Shown here in pieces: positions 50,077 through 61,512 of a DNA stretch of 64,000 nucleotides. Below the pieces are notes generated by a model. It was not told the origin of the DNA, made no database searches, and was given only the letters and a program-made list of their open reading frames with translations. The stretch spans positions 181,970,001-182,034,000 of the forward strand of contig NC_091470.1 of the NCBI RefSeq assembly GCF_036971445.1, in the 5' to 3' direction. This DNA comes from Narcine bancroftii. Lineage: Eukaryota. The position numbers and the translations under genes are program-made. Within the stretch, counting starts at the first letter, position 1, and every line of letters starts with the position of its first letter.

Positions 50077-50082
50077 AATAAA
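50077..50082 (+). terminator. Poly(A) signal of gene D
   Basis: AATAAA 77 nt after the stop; no histone stem-loop seen downstream. Confidence 0.7.
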
Positions 50083-53064
50083 GAATGAAATGAACGAGTC
50101 ATTTTAATCTAAAATTACCTAAGGGAATGCTGATCGAGTTGGAGGTTACAGAAATATTCAGGTTTATTGTACAAAAACCGAACCAAAAGTCCGCACCACA
50201 AAACTACTTAAATGGAGAGCAGGCGTGTGTGTTCACTTTTATTTACATTTATTTATATATTTTATTTTATATATCTATATATATATATATCTAAATATCC
50301 ATTCACACCGCTGGGAGCGAGGAAGAGCTCAACTGGGGGGGGGGGGAATCCTGCCATTATCTCCCCCCCCCCCCCAAAACAAACGGGTGCTTTGTCCCTC
50401 CACTCTGGTCCAGTTCTTGAGCTGTGGGACCCGCACGAACCCGGATCACACCGTGTGCGGTTAGGATTTCAACAAGCCTGGGGGGGGGGGGGGGGGGGAA
50501 GAGTCAGAATTAGAAGTCATCCTCAGCGTCGCTGCAAACATTTCTATGGACCACGTGTCAAAATAAATAAGATACAAGAAGTCTTCGTGGGCGCGGAACA
50601 GTTCGCGCGACGCCGTGGCGGCGCCAGCAACCGGGGTTCGAATCCCGCAATTTCCCCGGGGGCTCCGGTTTCCTCCCGCCCTTCAAAGCGTATTGGGGGG
50701 TTGGGGGTTGTTGGACAAATGAGGCTGTAAATTTGGCGCCACGGACTCGTGGGCCAAAAGGGCCCTGTCCCCGCGCTACGTCTCTAACTTTCTTCTCGGA
50801 AATCTGCTGACGCTGTTGGCACCGACATTGCTCGGCAGGTCACTGAGGGTTCTTTATGCGGCAACAGAGGTCAGGTTTGAGCCCTTCATCGTTAAAAACA
50901 CAGGGAGGAGGCCGGCCGGGGGGTGGGGGCATGGGTTCCAAGGGCAAAAGTTATCGTAAGGTGGATATGGGTGGGAGGAGGGAAGAAAAATGGCTGGGAA
51001 TTGATAGGGGAAGGGCCAACTCTCTGAATGGAGAGAGAGGGAATGGGGCAGAGAGAGGGGGAGGGGGAGAGGGAAGGGGAGGGGAGGGGGTGAGGGAGGG
51101 GGAGAGGGAAGGGGAGGGGAGGGGGTGAGAGAGGGGGAGGGGATTTCTCTCTGTAGCCAAACATTTCAAATTTAAGCCCCATTTCTGTGCCATCATATCT
51201 CTCTGCAGCCCTCGTGCTCTCCCGTATATTGGAGGAGCAACACCTGGCCCCTCTCCAACCGGATGGAATTAACATCGACTCCTCTGGTTTCTGCTAGATA
51301 GATTTTCATCTCCTACGTCAGAGAGAATGGACTCAGACTGGGAGATGGTTTGATTGAGCACACGACCAAAATGGGGACCTCCCAGTGGCCATCTCGATTC
51401 CACACCCCATTCTTATGCCGACATTGTTTGTCCATTCAACCCGAGGCACCCTGGCAAATTTCAACAGGTGTGGTGGAAAGTGCATCACGGCCTGTTCGAA
51501 GGAGACCAATATCCCTGAGCGAAAAGCCCTCCAAAAGGAAGAGGACACAGCCCAGGACATTACAGCCCAGGACATTACAGATCCTTCCCCTCCCCACTAC
51601 TGAGCACATCTACGGGGAACGCCGCCGTCGGAGAGCAGCAGCGATCGTCAAGGATCCCCACCACCCGGCACACGCTCTGTTCTTGCTTCTGCCAACAAGA
51701 AAGAAGTGTCGGGGCCACAAGACTCGCACCCACCAGGTTCAGGAACAACGGCTCCCCCTCCACCATCAGAGTCCTCAACGACAAACTAAATCAGGGACTC
51801 ATTTAAGGACTCTGACTTGTGCATTTTATTGATTTTATTTGCTCTCCCTGTATTGCACAGTCAGTTTGTTTACATTCGTTCCCTGTTTACAGTTCTGTAT
51901 TTGTTACGTTTACTCTGTGAACAGTTTAGTTTTTGCAATACTCATTAGTGGTAATTCAGCCGGGCCCGCGGGAAAAAGGAATCTCAGGTTTGTATGTGAT
52001 GTCATGTACGTCCTGGGACAATAAATCTGAAATCTGAACCACTCCTAATATTCCATCTGGTCACTCTCCAACCAGATGGCATTAACATCAATTTCTCCCG
52101 TTTCTGGGTGACCCTTCCCCTCCTCACTCTCTTCCCCTGCCCCCCGTCTCCTTTCCGCCAGCTCCCCGACCTTTCCCTCTCCGCTCAGCGAGCTACCTGC
52201 TCCCCCCTCACCTCAGCTCTTTTCTCTCCTTGCCGTCCCATCAGTAACTCGCCCTGCGTACCCCGCGGCGGATCGTGACACTTGATTGTCTAACCGTCGT
52301 TCGGACTCTCGCTTTGCCCCTCTCTGAGTGGGGTATAAATAACAACATCTGTACTGAACCGTTGGAATTATTAAACTTAATGTTTGTACCAAATTGTTAG
52401 ACAATTAAACTCAGTGTTTGTATAACTCACCAATGACTACAACATAATATTGGTCTTTTTTTTAGACATACAGCACATTTCGGCCCACGGGTCCATGCCG
52501 CCCAATTTGCACCCCATGACCCTACAACCCTCCCTTTTCATTCAGAGAGCCTGCCTTCTTTCTGAGCGCACCTTCAGGCCCGAAACGCTGGTTGCCCATG
52601 AACGCCTTGTGGCCTGCTGAGTTTAGTGGACATTCATTGGACCTCATTCATTTGATGTCGTCTGATGTGCTGACAACTACTATTGGCGATAATTTCACTC
52701 TGTAACTATCAGAGGAGAGGAATGGCCATAATGCATATAATTATATTTTGAGGGAGCCGCACGTTTAATCACATTTGAACATCCGCGGATGATTAACCTT
52801 CGTGATGCGCCACCAATTACTCGAAAGACTGTGGTTGAGAAACCAATAGGCCTTTATTCACAAGATCAATGGCACATCCATGCTGTTCGATTGCCCTGCA
52901 CTGAAGAAGGGGCTGTGGAACAGTCACCTTTATACGGGAGCCTGCGGGGGTGGGCACAGATACAGCTGGCCATTAGATGTGCCCGACCGGACAATTCCAT
53001 GCAACCGTAGTTTATCACACTTTGAAACCCTTAAGCATGTAACATTTTCTGCCAACCAGCTTTT

Positions 53065-53670
53065 TTAAGCCTGCGAATGCGATTCCCTTTGGGTTCCCTT
53101 GGAACCTTCATATTTCTTTAAGGCTCTTTCCACCGCTCTGCGTAGATGTTTCGTTATCCTACTGTAAGGGCCTTGCAATTTGATTTTCCACCCGAGTTTA
53201 CCCCTGCCCTCTTCTTGCCCAGATCTGGCTTCTTGGTCATTTGGACCACATGCATTTTCTGCGTTCCCTGCTGATTCGCCCAGCCAAATATTCAGATCCG
53301 GCTCCTGCCGCGCGTCCCTCTGCTCTTCGCCTTCCATCAGGCGATCGCCAAGAGGATTCTGACCATTTTCGTCGGGGGGGACCCTGAAATCATCTGGATA
53401 TTCAATCCTTGCAAAGCCAGCCGAAGAAATGTGCTCCCATGCTTCTTCCGCGCCACCGGCGAGGGCGTGGGTTTCGTTCTTATAGATGCGCTCCGCTCTC
53501 CGGCTAGCGCTCTCCTTCAGACCACTGAGAACGATCCTCTCCGTCTCCTCCAGATACATCTGCTGATACTCCCACCAGTAGTAAGGCTTCCCACAACGGC
53601 GAGACACGTGGCAGCAACTGATACAAACGGCGATCGCCACAAGGAGAAGCAGGAGACCCAGTCCAATTAA
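53065..53670 (-). CDS. Probable terminal coding exon of an unidentified single-pass membrane protein
   Basis: Strong acceptor ttttcccttctctcccgacag (AG 53672-53671); phase-0 frame LIGLGLLLLLVAIAVCISCCHVSRR...; 201 open codons in non-repeat sequence; AATAAA on minus at 52858-52853. Confidence 0.6.
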   Translation of the reverse strand, partial: LIGLGLLLLLVAIAVCISCCHVSRRCGKPYYWWEYQQMYLEETERIVLSGLKESASRRAERIYKNETHALAGGAEEAWEHISSAGFARIEYPDDFRVPPDENGQNPLGDRLMEGEEQRDARQEPDLNIWLGESAGNAENACGPNDQEARSGQEEGRGKLGWKIKLQGPYSRITKHLRRAVERALKKYEGSKGTQRESHSQA

Positions 53671-54093
53671 CTGTCGGGAGAGAAGGGAAAATCACCTGGT
53701 CAAATTAATCCAGATAATTTGACAAGCCAAATAACAGAGGTAGTCCCTATTATGCAAGGATGTTAACGAAAACGTAAAAAAAAGCATGCTTTATATTTTC
53801 TTTTAATTCCAAAAATTAAAAATAGAAATAGAAAAGCTCGTCAATGCCTCCATTTCTTCAGGAATTTGGTGTGACATCAGAAACCCTGGCAAATTTCTAC
53901 TGATGTGTGTGTGGGGATGGAAAAGGTGTTGACCGGCTGCATCACGGTCTGGGGGGTGGGGGGACGCCAATACCCCTGGCGTAAAGCCCTGCAAAAGGTC
54001 GTAGACGCAGCCCAGGACATCACGGGTGAGCACAGCTACGTCGGAGGGCAGCAGCGATCATCAAAGGCCCAGAGGGCATGCTCTGCCCTCACT

Positions 54094-54571
54094 TGTTATA
54101 TATTGAGAATTTAGGTTAAAATGGCTTAAGTTAAAATGTGATGATTAATCATAAAAAGGGAAGCCAGAACGGACAGGGAGCTTACTAACAGCCAAGGACA
54201 AAAGGTTCAGCTGGATATGTTTTTTTAAACATATCTTTTCATGGTCATAGTGAGAGACATGCAGGAGACAAAAGATTGATAAGAAGGGTGAGAAACAGAA
54301 TTTAGTGTATGTAGAGTTCGCAGCGTACGTAACGAACGTGATAATTAAAAATGCAGTTGTACTTAGAATGCTTTTGCAATACTAACCAATTAAAACAGTA
54401 TTAATAAGAAGGGGAAGGGCAAACAACAAGGGTATAAAAATCAATGCACTGTATGTATCGGGGCTTAACTGGTGAAAAGCCAGTTGAGTCCAACTCTGCA
54501 GACTTGTAAATAAAGCTTGTCGTGTCATCAGTTTTAAAGAGACTCATGTGTGAGAAGTTTTATTTCTGACA
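54094..54571 (+). repeat. ERV 5' LTR (478 bp)
   Basis: TG...CA; TATAAA and AATAAA; four substitutions versus the 3' LTR by eye. Confidence 0.97.
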
Positions 54572-54573
54572 AA

Positions 54574-54591
54574 TGGGGGCTCGTCCGGGAT
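54574..54591 (+). other. Primer-binding site, tRNA-Pro
   Basis: TGGGGGCTCGTCCGGGAT, the 18-nt PBS-Pro used by MLV. Confidence 0.95.
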
Positions 54592-55119
54592 CTACACTCC
54601 GGCCGTGAGGGGAGGCGAGAAGAGGGACATCGGAGGTGGTGCACCCCGCTGAGTTCAGCGGCTCCTAGTCCCTTGCTCGTCGCTTCGGGCGGCTTGAGCG
54701 AGTGGTATCCGGACAAGGTGACACGACAAGACGGAGAGGAGAAGGGTGACAGTTCAATCCCCGAGAAGACACCGGTAAGTGACGACTTACGATTGTGGTG
54801 TGGGGATTGGGTAACAGGTGTAACGGGATACACCTGTTAGGATAAAAAAAACCTAACGTAATAGATCAGGTATAGAGCTTTTGTCGTGGCGTGAGGACCC
54901 TGTCGTGGGACTCTAGGATAGACCCCAGGGAAACCTCGGCGGTAACCGAAGGAGGGACAGCACCTCCGAAGAAGTGCCGAGAAGAGAGGGGTCGACCCCA
55001 GGGAAACCTCAGCGGTAACCGAAGGAGGGACAGTACCTCCGACGAGGCGTCTGAGAAGAAGGGAGTAGGGTCCAGAACGAGAGGGTCCTCAGCAACGATA
55101 AACGGATCTAGGTGGGAAA

Positions 55120-56601
55120 ATGGGAGGATCAAAATCTAAGGGCTCGTCTGAAAATTCAGGACAATTCCCGGGAGTTCCCCTTGACAGCCCTTTGGGGAGA
55201 ATGTTTGAAAATTGGGATAGTAAAAGATATCGAGACAAAAACAAGAAAAAGATGGTCCAATATTGTCTCCTTTGGTCGAAACAACCTATTAAAGGTTCCT
55301 CGGTCTGGTGGCCGAAATTTGGATCTGATGAGGATTGGGTTAGACAAGCATTAAACATATATGTAAATTCGAGACCAAAGGTGAATCAAGAAGAGTCAGC
55401 ATATGCATTTTGTTGGGTTCCCTGGCCAGGATCCTTAACAAAATGTTTTAAATTGAGGGTAGCGGGAGAAAAGAAGTGGGAACCTCTGGACAACCTTCCC
55501 CCTCCTTATATTCCCCCGGTGCCTACTGCGCCCGAGGAAAGCTCATTACCGGAGGGGAAAGGTGATGAATCTGATTGCCCCGAAAGGGGCCGGGAAAAAA
55601 AGAATGAATTAAGGGAGTCGGACCCTAAACTTCCACCGGTAAACTGACCCTGGACAAGATCCCAGACTGGTCCAGGACCATCAAAGTTTTCAGTAAGCCT
55701 AAATCCCCTGAGGGAAGTTCCTATGGGAGGACCGGGAGGGGGAACGGGATATGTGAATGTTCCCCTAACTAGTACAGAGGTGCGGGGATTTAAGAAAGAA
55801 ATGAAAAAGTTATTGGAAGATCCTATAGGACTGGCCGAACAGCTCGACCAATTCCTGGGACCAAACACATATACGTGGGAAGAGATGCAGGCAATAATGG
55901 GAACATTATTCTCACCCCAGGAGAGGCAGATGATTCGACGGGCTGCCCTCCTCATGTGGGAATATGAACAACCTGGGGACCCCAGACCCCATGAACAAAA
56001 ATATCCCTTAAATGAACCCAGGTGGGACAAACGAACACCCGAGGGATTGGCAAGTATGAGACAATATAGAGAGTGGACAATTAAAGGGATACGGGAGGCT
56101 GTGCCAAAGAGTCACAATTTCACCAAGGCATTTGGGAACCACCAGGGGAAAGACGAGTCCCCTACTGATTTCTTGGAGAGGGTGAGAAAGAATGTCCAAC
56201 AGTATGCGGGCGTGGACCCTAGTACACCAATGGGTGAACAGCTTATTCGAATTGAATTTGTTTCCAAATCATGGCAGGACATTAGAAAGAAACTAGAAAA
56301 GGAGGAGGACTGGAGCGAAAAACCCCTAAGCGACCTGTTAAAAAGGCGCAAAAAGTATATGTGCAGAGAGAAGAAGAAGATCAAAAGAGGGCGACAAAGG
56401 TTATGGTACAGACTATCCAACAGATGAATGCCGAATCCAGAGGGGAAAGAAAACAAAACCTTCCTCTAAACATATCCAAGAGAGGGAAGACCCCGGAGGT
56501 TCGTTAAGTGCTATTACTGCAATGAGGAAGGACACTTTAAGAGGGAATGCCCCCGATACAAGAGGGAATTGCGTGCCCTCGAACTTATGGAAGAAGATTA
56601 G
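55120..56601 (+). pseudogene. gag: ERV gag (disrupted)
   Basis: MGGSKSK myristoylation-type start, PPPY and PTAP late motifs, MHR QGKDESPTDFLERV, CCHC knuckle CYYCNEEGHFKREC; in-frame TGA at 55645 and frameshifts at about 56340 and 56450-56500. Confidence 0.92.
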
Positions 56602-59600
56602 GGGGGTCAGAGGTTCCAAATGTTGGGGACCAAGTATAAGAGGGAACCCCTGGTAAAACTAAAAATTGGTCCCAAGGGAGAAGAGGTGGTGTTTATGGTG
56701 GACACAGGAGCGGAACGAAGTAGTGTAATAACTGTGCCAATCGGGACTGAACCTGTAAAAAGTAATTTAAAAATTTCTGGGATAGAAGGGGCTCCCAGAA
56801 TGGTATCAATAATTCCCCAAGTAACAGTGAAACTGGAAGAAAGAGAAGGGGTACAAGACCTCTTGTTGTTACCGTCGGCTGGATTTAACCTCCTAGGAAG
56901 GGACTTACAGGCTCTCCTAGGTTTGGGTGCTCTCCCTGTGGACGGAGAAGTGCGAGTCCACCTCTGTGCTCTAAAGGAAGAGGATGAACGGCAGATTGAC
57001 GAGAGAGTCTGGTATAGGGAGGGAAATCGAGGAGGTCTGGACATCCCACCTTTACATGTCACATTAATACCAGGTCATCAGCCGGTAAGGAAACGTCAGT
57101 ATCCTATTTCTTTGGAAGGGAGAAAAGGGCTGCAGCCGGTAATTGAGACTATAATACGAGACGGACTATTAGAAGAATGCATGTCACCTTATAACACCCC
57201 TATACTCCCAGTAAAAAAGTCAGATGGATCCTATCGCCTAGTTCAGGATCTAAGAAGTTTGAATGCTATTGTTCAGACCCGCCACCCAGTGGTGCCTAAT
57301 CCCTATACTATTATGAGTCGGATTCCCCCAGACCATGAGTGGTTTAGTGTTATCGACTTGAAGGATGCCTTCTGGACGTGTCCATTAGAAGAGGAAAGTA
57401 GAGATATGTTCGCGTTTGAATGGGAAAATCCATGGACAGGTAGACGGAGACAGCTTCGGTGGACTGTATTGCCCCAAGGGTTCACTGAATCTCCGAACCT
57501 GTTTGGACAAATGCTAGAACAAATCCTGGCGGACTATCCACAATCTGATGATTCCCAACTAATGCAGTATGTGGACGATTTACTATTATCAGGACCCAAG
57601 GAACAAGAAATGAGGGGAGATACAATTAGACTCTTGAATTATCTGGGGAAAAAGGGTCTACGGGTGTCCAGGAACAAGTTACAGTTCGTTGAGAGAACTG
57701 TGGTATATCTGGGACACCAGATAAGTAAAGGACAGAAATGGATTATCCCTGAACGGATTGCGGGAATCACTAGAATGCCGTTATCCCGTAATAAGAAGGA
57801 AATAAGACAATTCCTGGGACTCTTAGGTTACTGTAGGTTATGGATAAAGGACTACTCAGCGTTGGTGAAGTTTATGTATGAAAAGCTGACAAATGAAAAT
57901 GAATATCCATTGAAATGGACCCAGGAGGAGGAGGGATGGTTTGAGGACTTGAAGCATCGCCTGACACGAGCCCCGGTACTCACTCTGCCCTCTTTAAAAC
58001 AGCCCTTCCAGCTATTTGTCACTCATAACCAAGGAACAGCTGTGGGAGTTTTAACACAGGAAAAAGGCGGTCAGCGACACCCAGTGGCTTTCCTTTCCAA
58101 AATGATGGACCCAGTGTCTCGTGGATGGTCGACGTGTATCCAGGGAGTAGCGGCTGCTGCTCTGTTGGTAGAGGAAGCACGTAAACTTACTTTTGGAGGA
58201 AAGATGACTGTGTACACCTCCCATTCTGTGAGTGTTTTATTAATACAAACTGCCCATCGATGGCTGACTGATTCTCGCATATTAAAGTATGAAACCATTT
58301 TAATGGTCGGAGAAGATCTACAGTTTGCAAAGATTAATAGCTGCAACCCAGCTCAGTTTTTATACGGCAGTGAAACAGAGAGAGAGGTGGAGCACGACTG
58401 TGTCGAGTTGATGGATCTTCAGACCAAGACCCGAGAAGACCTTTGCGATACTCCTCTGGGAGAAGGATATGAATTCTACATTGACGGCTCCGCCAGATGT
58501 GTTGAAGGAATGAGAAGAAGTGGGTATGCTATAATAGAAGGAAATACTTGGAAAGTAGTAGAATCCACGAGACTACCCGGAAGCTGGTCAGCACAGTCCT
58601 GTGAACTATATGCCTTGCAGAGAGCCCTCAGAATACTGGCAGAGAAAACTGGAACGATTTACACTGATTCCAAATACGCATACGGGGTAGTGCATACCTT
58701 TGGTAAGATCTGGAAGGAGCGTGGTCTAATTACATCAAGAGGAAAGGAATTGGCACACGAACAGATGATTACTCTGACTTTAGAAGCCTTGACATTACCC
58801 CAGGAAATAGCAGTGGTCTACATACCAGGCCATCAGAGGGGAGATACCCCGACAGCAATTGGAAACAGACTGGCTGATGAAGAAGCCAAAAGGGCAGCCA
58901 TGCAACAAGAAGTCCGTTTGCTGACCTTAATCCCAATAAGACAAGGCATAAAGAAGGCTCCCATTTTCACTGATAAGGAAGAAAAGGACATGGCTCAGCT
59001 GGGCGCAAGCCAGCTGCCTGATGGAACATGGAAGACACCAGATGGAAGAATGGTTCTAAATAAAGAAATAACTCGCAATATTTTAAAACACCTGCATTAT
59101 CAGAGCCACTGGGGCACCCAAGCCTTATGTGACACAGTGCTTCGAGAATATGTGTGTAAGGGAATCTACACCTTGGCCCAACAGGAGGTGCAGAACTGTC
59201 ACCTATGCACAAAAATTAATAAGAATATAATGAGGACAGGGACCATGGGAGGTCAACCATTAGCCATACGCCCTTTTCAAAGTATCCAGATCGACTTCAC
59301 AGAGTTACCTCAAGTCCAAAGATGGAAGTATCTGTTGGTGGTAATAGATCACTTTACCCGATGGGTGGAAGCCTTCCCAACAGTAAATGCTACAGCCTCT
59401 ACAGTAGCTCGCCTCCTCCTAGAGCAGATAATCCCCAGATATGGTATAATGGATTCTATAGACTCAGACAGGGGTCCACATTTTTGTTCAAAAATCCAGC
59501 AATTGATTTGTAATGCATTACAGGTCTCTTGGAAATTGCATACCCCTTGGTATCCACAAAGCTCAGGGAGGGTTGAACGTATGAATGGAACCCTAAAAAT

Positions 59601-60165
59601 GCAATTGACAAAAATAATGGTGGAAACTAAAATGCCTTGGATAAAGTGTCTGCCCCTGGCTTTATTAAGAATTCGTACTGCCCCACGAAAAGATGTAGGG
59701 TTGTCCCCTTATGAAATGATGTTTGGGCTTCCCTTCTGGAGTACAGTTGAGGGGTGTCCCACCTTGGGGGAAGGGGATATATTTGTTAGGAACTATTTAC
59801 AGGCACTGTCACGCTCTCTTACAGATTTACGAAAGAGAGGACTATTGGCACAAACACCGCCTCTAGACTTTTCTTTGCACAAAGTGGAACCAGGAGACTG
59901 GATTCTCATCAAGACCTGGAAAACTGAAAAACTCCAGCCCCAGTGGGAAGGTCCATACCAAGTTCTCTTAACTACAGAGGCTGCAGCACGAACAAGAGAG
60001 AAGGGGTGGACGCACACATCCAGATTTAAGGGACCTGTAGAGGCGCCTCAGGACCCTGATACGAACTCAGATTGGACGTGTTCCTGGAGAAAAACCTCTT
60101 ACCTTGCGATTTCGCAGAAAGACTTGATTCACAATGTTATTGTTATGTTCTTTGATTTTTCTTAG
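56602..60165 (+). CDS. pol: ERV pro-pol (PR, RT, RNase H, IN), open except for a probable frameshift near 60080
   Basis: DTGA protease, LPQGF and YVDD RT, YIDGS RNase H, HHCC and DDE integrase, GPY motif; in frame with the gag TAG. Confidence 0.96.
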   Translation, partial: GGQRFQMLGTKYKREPLVKLKIGPKGEEVVFMVDTGAERSSVITVPIGTEPVKSNLKISGIEGAPRMVSIIPQVTVKLEEREGVQDLLLLPSAGFNLLGRDLQALLGLGALPVDGEVRVHLCALKEEDERQIDERVWYREGNRGGLDIPPLHVTLIPGHQPVRKRQYPISLEGRKGLQPVIETIIRDGLLEECMSPYNTPILPVKKSDGSYRLVQDLRSLNAIVQTRHPVVPNPYTIMSRIPPDHEWFSVIDLKDAFWTCPLEEESRDMFAFEWENPWTGRRRQLRWTVLPQGFTESPNLFGQMLEQILADYPQSDDSQLMQYVDDLLLSGPKEQEMRGDTIRLLNYLGKKGLRVSRNKLQFVERTVVYLGHQISKGQKWIIPERIAGITRMPLSRNKKEIRQFLGLLGYCRLWIKDYSALVKFMYEKLTNENEYPLKWTQEEEGWFEDLKHRLTRAPVLTLPSLKQPFQLFVTHNQGTAVGVLTQEKGGQRHPVAFLSKMMDPVSRGWSTCIQGVAAAALLVEEARKLTFGGKMTVYTSHSVSVLLIQTAHRWLTDSRILKYETILMVGEDLQFAKINSCNPAQFLYGSETEREVEHDCVELMDLQTKTREDLCDTPLGEGYEFYIDGSARCVEGMRRSGYAIIEGNTWKVVESTRLPGSWSAQSCELYALQRALRILAEKTGTIYTDSKYAYGVVHTFGKIWKERGLITSRGKELAHEQMITLTLEALTLPQEIAVVYIPGHQRGDTPTAIGNRLADEEAKRAAMQQEVRLLTLIPIRQGIKKAPIFTDKEEKDMAQLGASQLPDGTWKTPDGRMVLNKEITRNILKHLHYQSHWGTQALCDTVLREYVCKGIYTLAQQEVQNCHLCTKINKNIMRTGTMGGQPLAIRPFQSIQIDFTELPQVQRWKYLLVVIDHFTRWVEAFPTVNATASTVARLLLEQIIPRYGIMDSIDSDRGPHFCSKIQQLICNALQVSWKLHTPWYPQSSGRVERMNGTLKMQLTKIMVETKMPWIKCLPLALLRIRTAPRKDVGLSPYEMMFGLPFWSTVEGCPTLGEGDIFVRNYLQALSRSLTDLRKRGLLAQTPPLDFSLHKVEPGDWILIKTWKTEKLQPQWEGPYQVLLTTEAAARTREKGWTHTSRFKGPVEAPQDPDTNSDWTCSWRKTSYLAISQKDLIHNVIVMFFDFS

Positions 60166-61434
60166 TTTGCCTATGTCTTTATCAGGTGTGAAAGGTAAGA
60201 AATGCAAAGACACAGTGGTCCTGTTTCAGGAGGGTAATTTTATTTCCCATACCTCAGTTCCTGAGAAATGCTGAGCAGAAAATACCACCCAACATCCATA
60301 TACCCCTTGTGTGGAAAAAGAAGGAAATAATATGGGTCATTATATACAGATTCCTAATACCACTCCTTTCCCTCTTAACGGTTGGAAGGGTGACTCAGGC
60401 CCACCATGCCCTGATGGACTCTGGTTTTGCATACACCAGCGTACTGTTCCAATAAGAAGTTCCACTCCACACTCAAAAGTGCCTGCCCCTTTAAGACAGC
60501 CGGACTTAGTTCGAGTCCATCCAAATAACCATGAAAGTTTCGGTCACGCAGTTGGGGGAGATAACCTTTTTGTTGATCTTGCAACTAGAATTGCAGGAAC
60601 TTTTAATGTAACCAATTGTTGGGTCTGCGGGGGTCCACGGATGTCAGAGCAATGGCCTTGGTGGGGGGAGTCCCTCAATTCATTGACCATGATTTCCCGA
60701 ATTTGGACAACTAACCGAACGAGATCAAGAGAAACTTGGTCTCTCTCCAACGTCCCCTCTGGTTTTTATTGTCTCTCACGAACCGGCAAATACCCAGTAG
60801 GAAAAAGTCCCTGCAAGGCTGTATGGATTCGCATTTCGCCTAGTATTTTCACTTGGTTTCCTAAACCCCTGACTTGGTTCTTATCCACTGTTTTTAAAAC
60901 TAATTGCCTGCCCCTGTCTAATAGCAGTATTCAGCTTTGGAATTGTACCAGTTCCACCATCACAGGACCATACCAATCAAACCCCACTCTTAAAAGAGTT
61001 TGGGAACGGGGATATGGAGTATCCCCAAATGGATTATTCTGGATATGTGGTAATAAAGCTTATACTCGTCTCCCCTTACAGTGGAGTGGAACTTGTTTCC
61101 TAGGAATAATCTGCCCAGAATTTTTCCTCCTACCCCACGATCACGGTCATAAATTAGGAGTGAAAATTTTTGATACATTACACCGTCAGCCCCGCTCTAG
61201 TACGGTACATTTTGGACAATGGGGAGATGATTGGCCTCCAGAACGCATAATTCAATATTATGGTCCCGCTACATGGGGGTCATCGGAGGTATTTTATTCC
61301 TCCTACTTGTTTTGCCCTGTATTATTCCCTGTCTACGCAGCCTGGTGATTTCCATGGTCCAACAGGCTATGCAACCAGGGGGACTGGGAGACCCCGTTAG
61401 AATTTTACTTCAGCACGAGATTAATTTATCATGA
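60134..61434 (+). pseudogene. env: ERV env, ERV3-like, with a premature stop and a TM-ectodomain deletion
   Basis: Signal peptide MLLLCSLIFLSLPMSLSG; TGA at 60272; CWVC motif; RQPR furin-like site; WPPERIIQYYGPATW; then a jump to the membrane anchor GVIGGILFLLLVLPCIIPCL in another frame. Confidence 0.9.
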
Positions 61435-61512
61435 GACGTTTCTCTTCCCCTAGTTAAAATCCCCATTCATATATATATAATACACACATTTTAAAGAGAG
61501 AAAGGGGTGGAT

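Noticed and set aside
52250-52345. CpG patch followed by TATAAA as another histone promoter
   Set aside because: No downstream ORF or stem-loop; insufficient support
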